64,000 nucleotides of DNA, taken from assembly GCF_001194135.2 (NCBI RefSeq), contig NC_068992.1:2618885-2682884 (forward strand), written 5' to 3'. The notes under the pieces were generated by a model. It had not been told where the DNA came from. It ran no database searches and worked only from the letters and a program-made list of their open reading frames with translations. Below, piece by piece: positions 61,216 through 64,000 of this stretch (position 1 is the first letter of the stretch; the number at the start of each line of letters is the position of its first letter). A program made the translations under genes and the position numbers. The stretch is from Octopus bimaculoides (taxonomy: Eukaryota).

Positions 61216-61655
61216 TTATACATCTGGAAGGTCCTCGAAGGACTTGTCCCAAACTTTGGCATCGAAAGTTACACAAATAAAAAAAAATGGACGCCACTGC
61301 ATAGTACCAAGGACTCCAAATTTGCCATCAAGATGTAGGACGTAGGACAAGATACTGCAATAGCCTGGGCTTCAGGGGTCCACAGCTCTTCAATATCCTC
61401 CCGAAGGACCTTAGAGACCTGCACGGGGTGGATGTAGGTATCTTCAAAATAAAGCTGGACCTCTTCCTGTCAAGTGTCCCAGATGAACCAGCTTCGCGGC
61501 AGGAGGTGCAGATGAGGGCAGCTGAATCAAACTCTCTCATGCACCAAATGTCAATTCCTGAAAAGCATTCGTGAAGTAAAATTATGTAGCAACACCAAAT
61601 GGTGGTGCCCCAGCATGGCCACAGCTCATGAGCTGAAACTAGATAAAATGAATGA
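61216..61655 (+). mobile_element. 5'-truncated CR1-type LINE (ORF2 C-terminus and 3' UTR)
   Basis: YIWKVLEGLVPNFGIESY...GRHCIVP, then after a frameshift RYCNSLGFRGPQLFNILPKDLRDL...FKIKLDLFLSSVPDEP...RAAESNSLMHQ, stop at 61572-61574. The UTR is GGTGGTGCCCCAGCATGGCCACAGC...CTGAAAC. Confidence 0.85.
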
Positions 61656-62172
61656 AAAAAAAATGAAAATGATATACATAACGTCCCATTGATCAGCTGT
61701 TTTCATGCCATGAGACAAGACAGGATGATTTGATCATCCAGTAAATGACATATTTAACACTAATTCTGAAAGTTAAGACTGTACAGAGTCCACTTGGCAT
61801 GCTCAGTGCTATGAAATAGATAAGAGACATGCTTTCACAATTATGGCAGGGTCTGTCTTCCTTCATTTTTCATTCTGTCTTGAATTCCACTTGTTGACAT
61901 CTGATAAATAAATGCATAACTATATAGCTGTGTGTGTTATGATTTATACTTTAAGATATTATAATTGTTTCAGTTATAATATATATGTATATTCATGTGT
62001 GTTTATATACATGCGCGTATGCATGTGTGTGTGTGTTGTTTGTTAGTGCTTGTTTTTATGTTCAGCTATAATAAAAACTACTTTATTTTAATCTGATGGG
62101 CTACTCCATCTGTTGGATACAAATTTTTGCTGGATACAAAATTTTGTTGAATACAAATTCCTAAAACAAGAA

Positions 62173-62219
62173 TACATTATTTACATTTGATGGATATTTG
62201 TCCTCATCTTGTTTGTTGG
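62173..62219 (-). mobile_element. Family B short 3' fragment
   Basis: TACATTATTTACATTTGATGGATATTTGTCCTCATCTTGTTTGTTG; another probable start lies at the window edge (63968-64000). Confidence 0.8.
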
Positions 62220-62389
62220 CATGGATTTTCTCAAACCCAAGATCCTTGTGGAACTTCTTCTGACCATCATGTTCTTCATTACATTCCTCTACGAACCAGA
62301 AACACTTGTAAAGACTAAGAATGGTTCAACTTTGAATTGGTTCAGAGGCTTTTACTGATTTGTTTAACCAAGCATGCATGTATATCTCT

Positions 62390-62442
<53 letters not shown>

Positions 62443-62757
62443 TGTGTCTGTGTGTGTGTCTGAGTGTTTGTGTCTGTGTTTGTTTGTGTGTGTATGTCTG
62501 TGTCTGTGTTTGTGTGTGTGTCTGTGTGTGTGTTTGTGTGTGTGTCCGTGTTTGTGTTTGTGTCTGTCTGTGTTTGTGTGTGTGTCTGTGTGTGTATGTC
62601 TGTGTGTCTGTGTTTGTGCATGTTTGTGGGTCTGTGTGTGTGTCTGTGTCTCTGTGCGTGTGTCTGTGTATGTCTGTGTGTTTGTGTCTGTGTGTTTGTG
62701 TTTGTGTGTCTGTGTGTGTGCCTTCATGTTTGTGTCTGTGTTTGTGTGTGTGTGTGT
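62390..62757. repeat. Cryptic (GT/GTCT/GTTT)-based low-complexity tract; similar tracts at 32095-32270, 36715-37010, 40650-40910 and 44730-45121
   Basis: Seen directly; source of the V/C- and T/H-rich ORFs. Confidence 0.95.
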
Positions 62758-63238
62758 AATAACCACCACTTTGGTTATATATCTGAGTACTTCAGCCAGT
62801 CTCCTATAATTCTATAATTGTTTCTCATTTAGTTTTATATTATAATTTTAGTATAATATTATATACTTTCTCCTATTATACTATAATACTTCATTATATT
62901 CATATAATAACTACGAGAGAATATTATTTCAATTATATTGACATTCAAATAGAGAAACTCACAGAACGCAAAACTTTACCAAAATACTTGGTGACTTGCA
63001 ATTTTAATTTCTTATTCATCCAAGAGTGATTAGTCACCAGTAATACGCGAGGTCTGAGCCAATCAACTTTATTCACTTCACCTACTGAACTTGACTTATG
63101 TTTAGAGACCAAAATGGAGATCGGTGAATGCAGCCTAATTGAGATTTCTAGCGATGCTAAGTGAAATTCTTCTCTCTCATTCTTTGTGTTATGACCATTA
63201 TTCTCTCCCTCCTCTTTTTCTCACATACATTTCCTCTG

Positions 63239-63299
<61 letters not shown>

Positions 63300-63578
63300 T
63301 TATTTTCCCACTCATTCGTTCTCTCTCTCTTTCATACACACTTTTGACAAAATTCAAAAGAAATATCATGTGAGGATCATTCAGTACTTTTAGCTGCAGG
63401 CACCAACAGCACCTCATGAAATTTCCCGATTTTGGTTTATTTACACGACTTCTGTCAAGAAAGATAAAATATACAGAACACGAAAATAAATCGACCCAAG
63501 TTTGCTTCAAGATTGCCATTGCTTATCTGTGATGGCCAGTTACCATTAAATCTTTCATTTCTTTGTTTCCTTTTAAAC

Positions 63579-63811
63579 CATAGGTTCCCAATGGGGGTCC
63601 ACTTAAGATTTTGTCATTAAAATTAATGAACCATTAATCACTTATACGCTTTCCATACACAAAATATTTTAACAATTTCTTTTATATAATTCCTAATAAT
63701 ATTTAATTATAAAAATATGAGTTTTTTTTAACATTGAATAAATATGAGGGAACACTTGAACAAAATAGATATCCAAGGGGTCCATAGTCCAAAGATGGTT
63801 GAGAACCCCTG
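63579..63811. mobile_element. hAT-superfamily MITE with an 8-bp target duplication
   Basis: Ends CATAGGTTCCCAA and GTTGAGAACCCCTG (reverse complement CAGGGGTTCTCAAC); TTTTAAAC at 63571-63578 and CTTTAAAC at 63812-63819. Confidence 0.8.
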
Positions 63812-64000
63812 CTTTAAACCAGGCACTCAAACCATTCCCTAAAGGAGTACAGTCTACTCATTGACACAGGCAAGTCAGAAGAGAGAATTAAAATGGAAAA
63901 TTTATAATTTTCACTGAAATGTCAATGATGGAAGTCAAATGAAATATTTCTAAACAAGTGTGGTAGGTACATTATTTACATTATTTACACTATTTACATT

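Overview
AT-rich eukaryotic (animal) DNA. It is dense in microsatellites and contains 10 assembly gaps. The repeat families look like those of an octopod cephalopod (Octopus-like); this is an inference from memory of the repeats, not a database result. I found no host protein-coding gene I can name. Nearly all ORFs in the supplied track are microsatellite, N-gap or repeat artefacts, and the few real coding traces belong to decayed transposons. These are R4/Dong-type (RLE) LINEs, RTE LINEs, CR1-type LINEs, a Penelope-like (PLE) ORF end, two DUF4817-type Tc1/mariner transposases, mariner and hAT MITEs, and at least three tRNA-headed SINE families. The main signal is RNA-level. A repeat found about 13 times ('family B') joins a tRNA-like head (A/B boxes), a (TAA)n linker and a minimal type I hammerhead ribozyme. 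At 4.3-4.9 kb it sits directly after the C-terminus of a Penelope-like ORF, so it behaves as a Penelope terminal repeat with an internal Pol III-type promoter, and it repeatedly forms head-to-head inversions. An unrelated hammerhead with a fully canonical core lies at 11121-11204, and two more degenerate hammerhead-like motifs occur elsewhere. Also noted are a 35-bp near-perfect hairpin, a 12-nt microexon candidate, a stuttered LINE 5' junction, an in-window SINE/LINE partner pair and local duplications. All family assignments come from manual translation and motif recognition.
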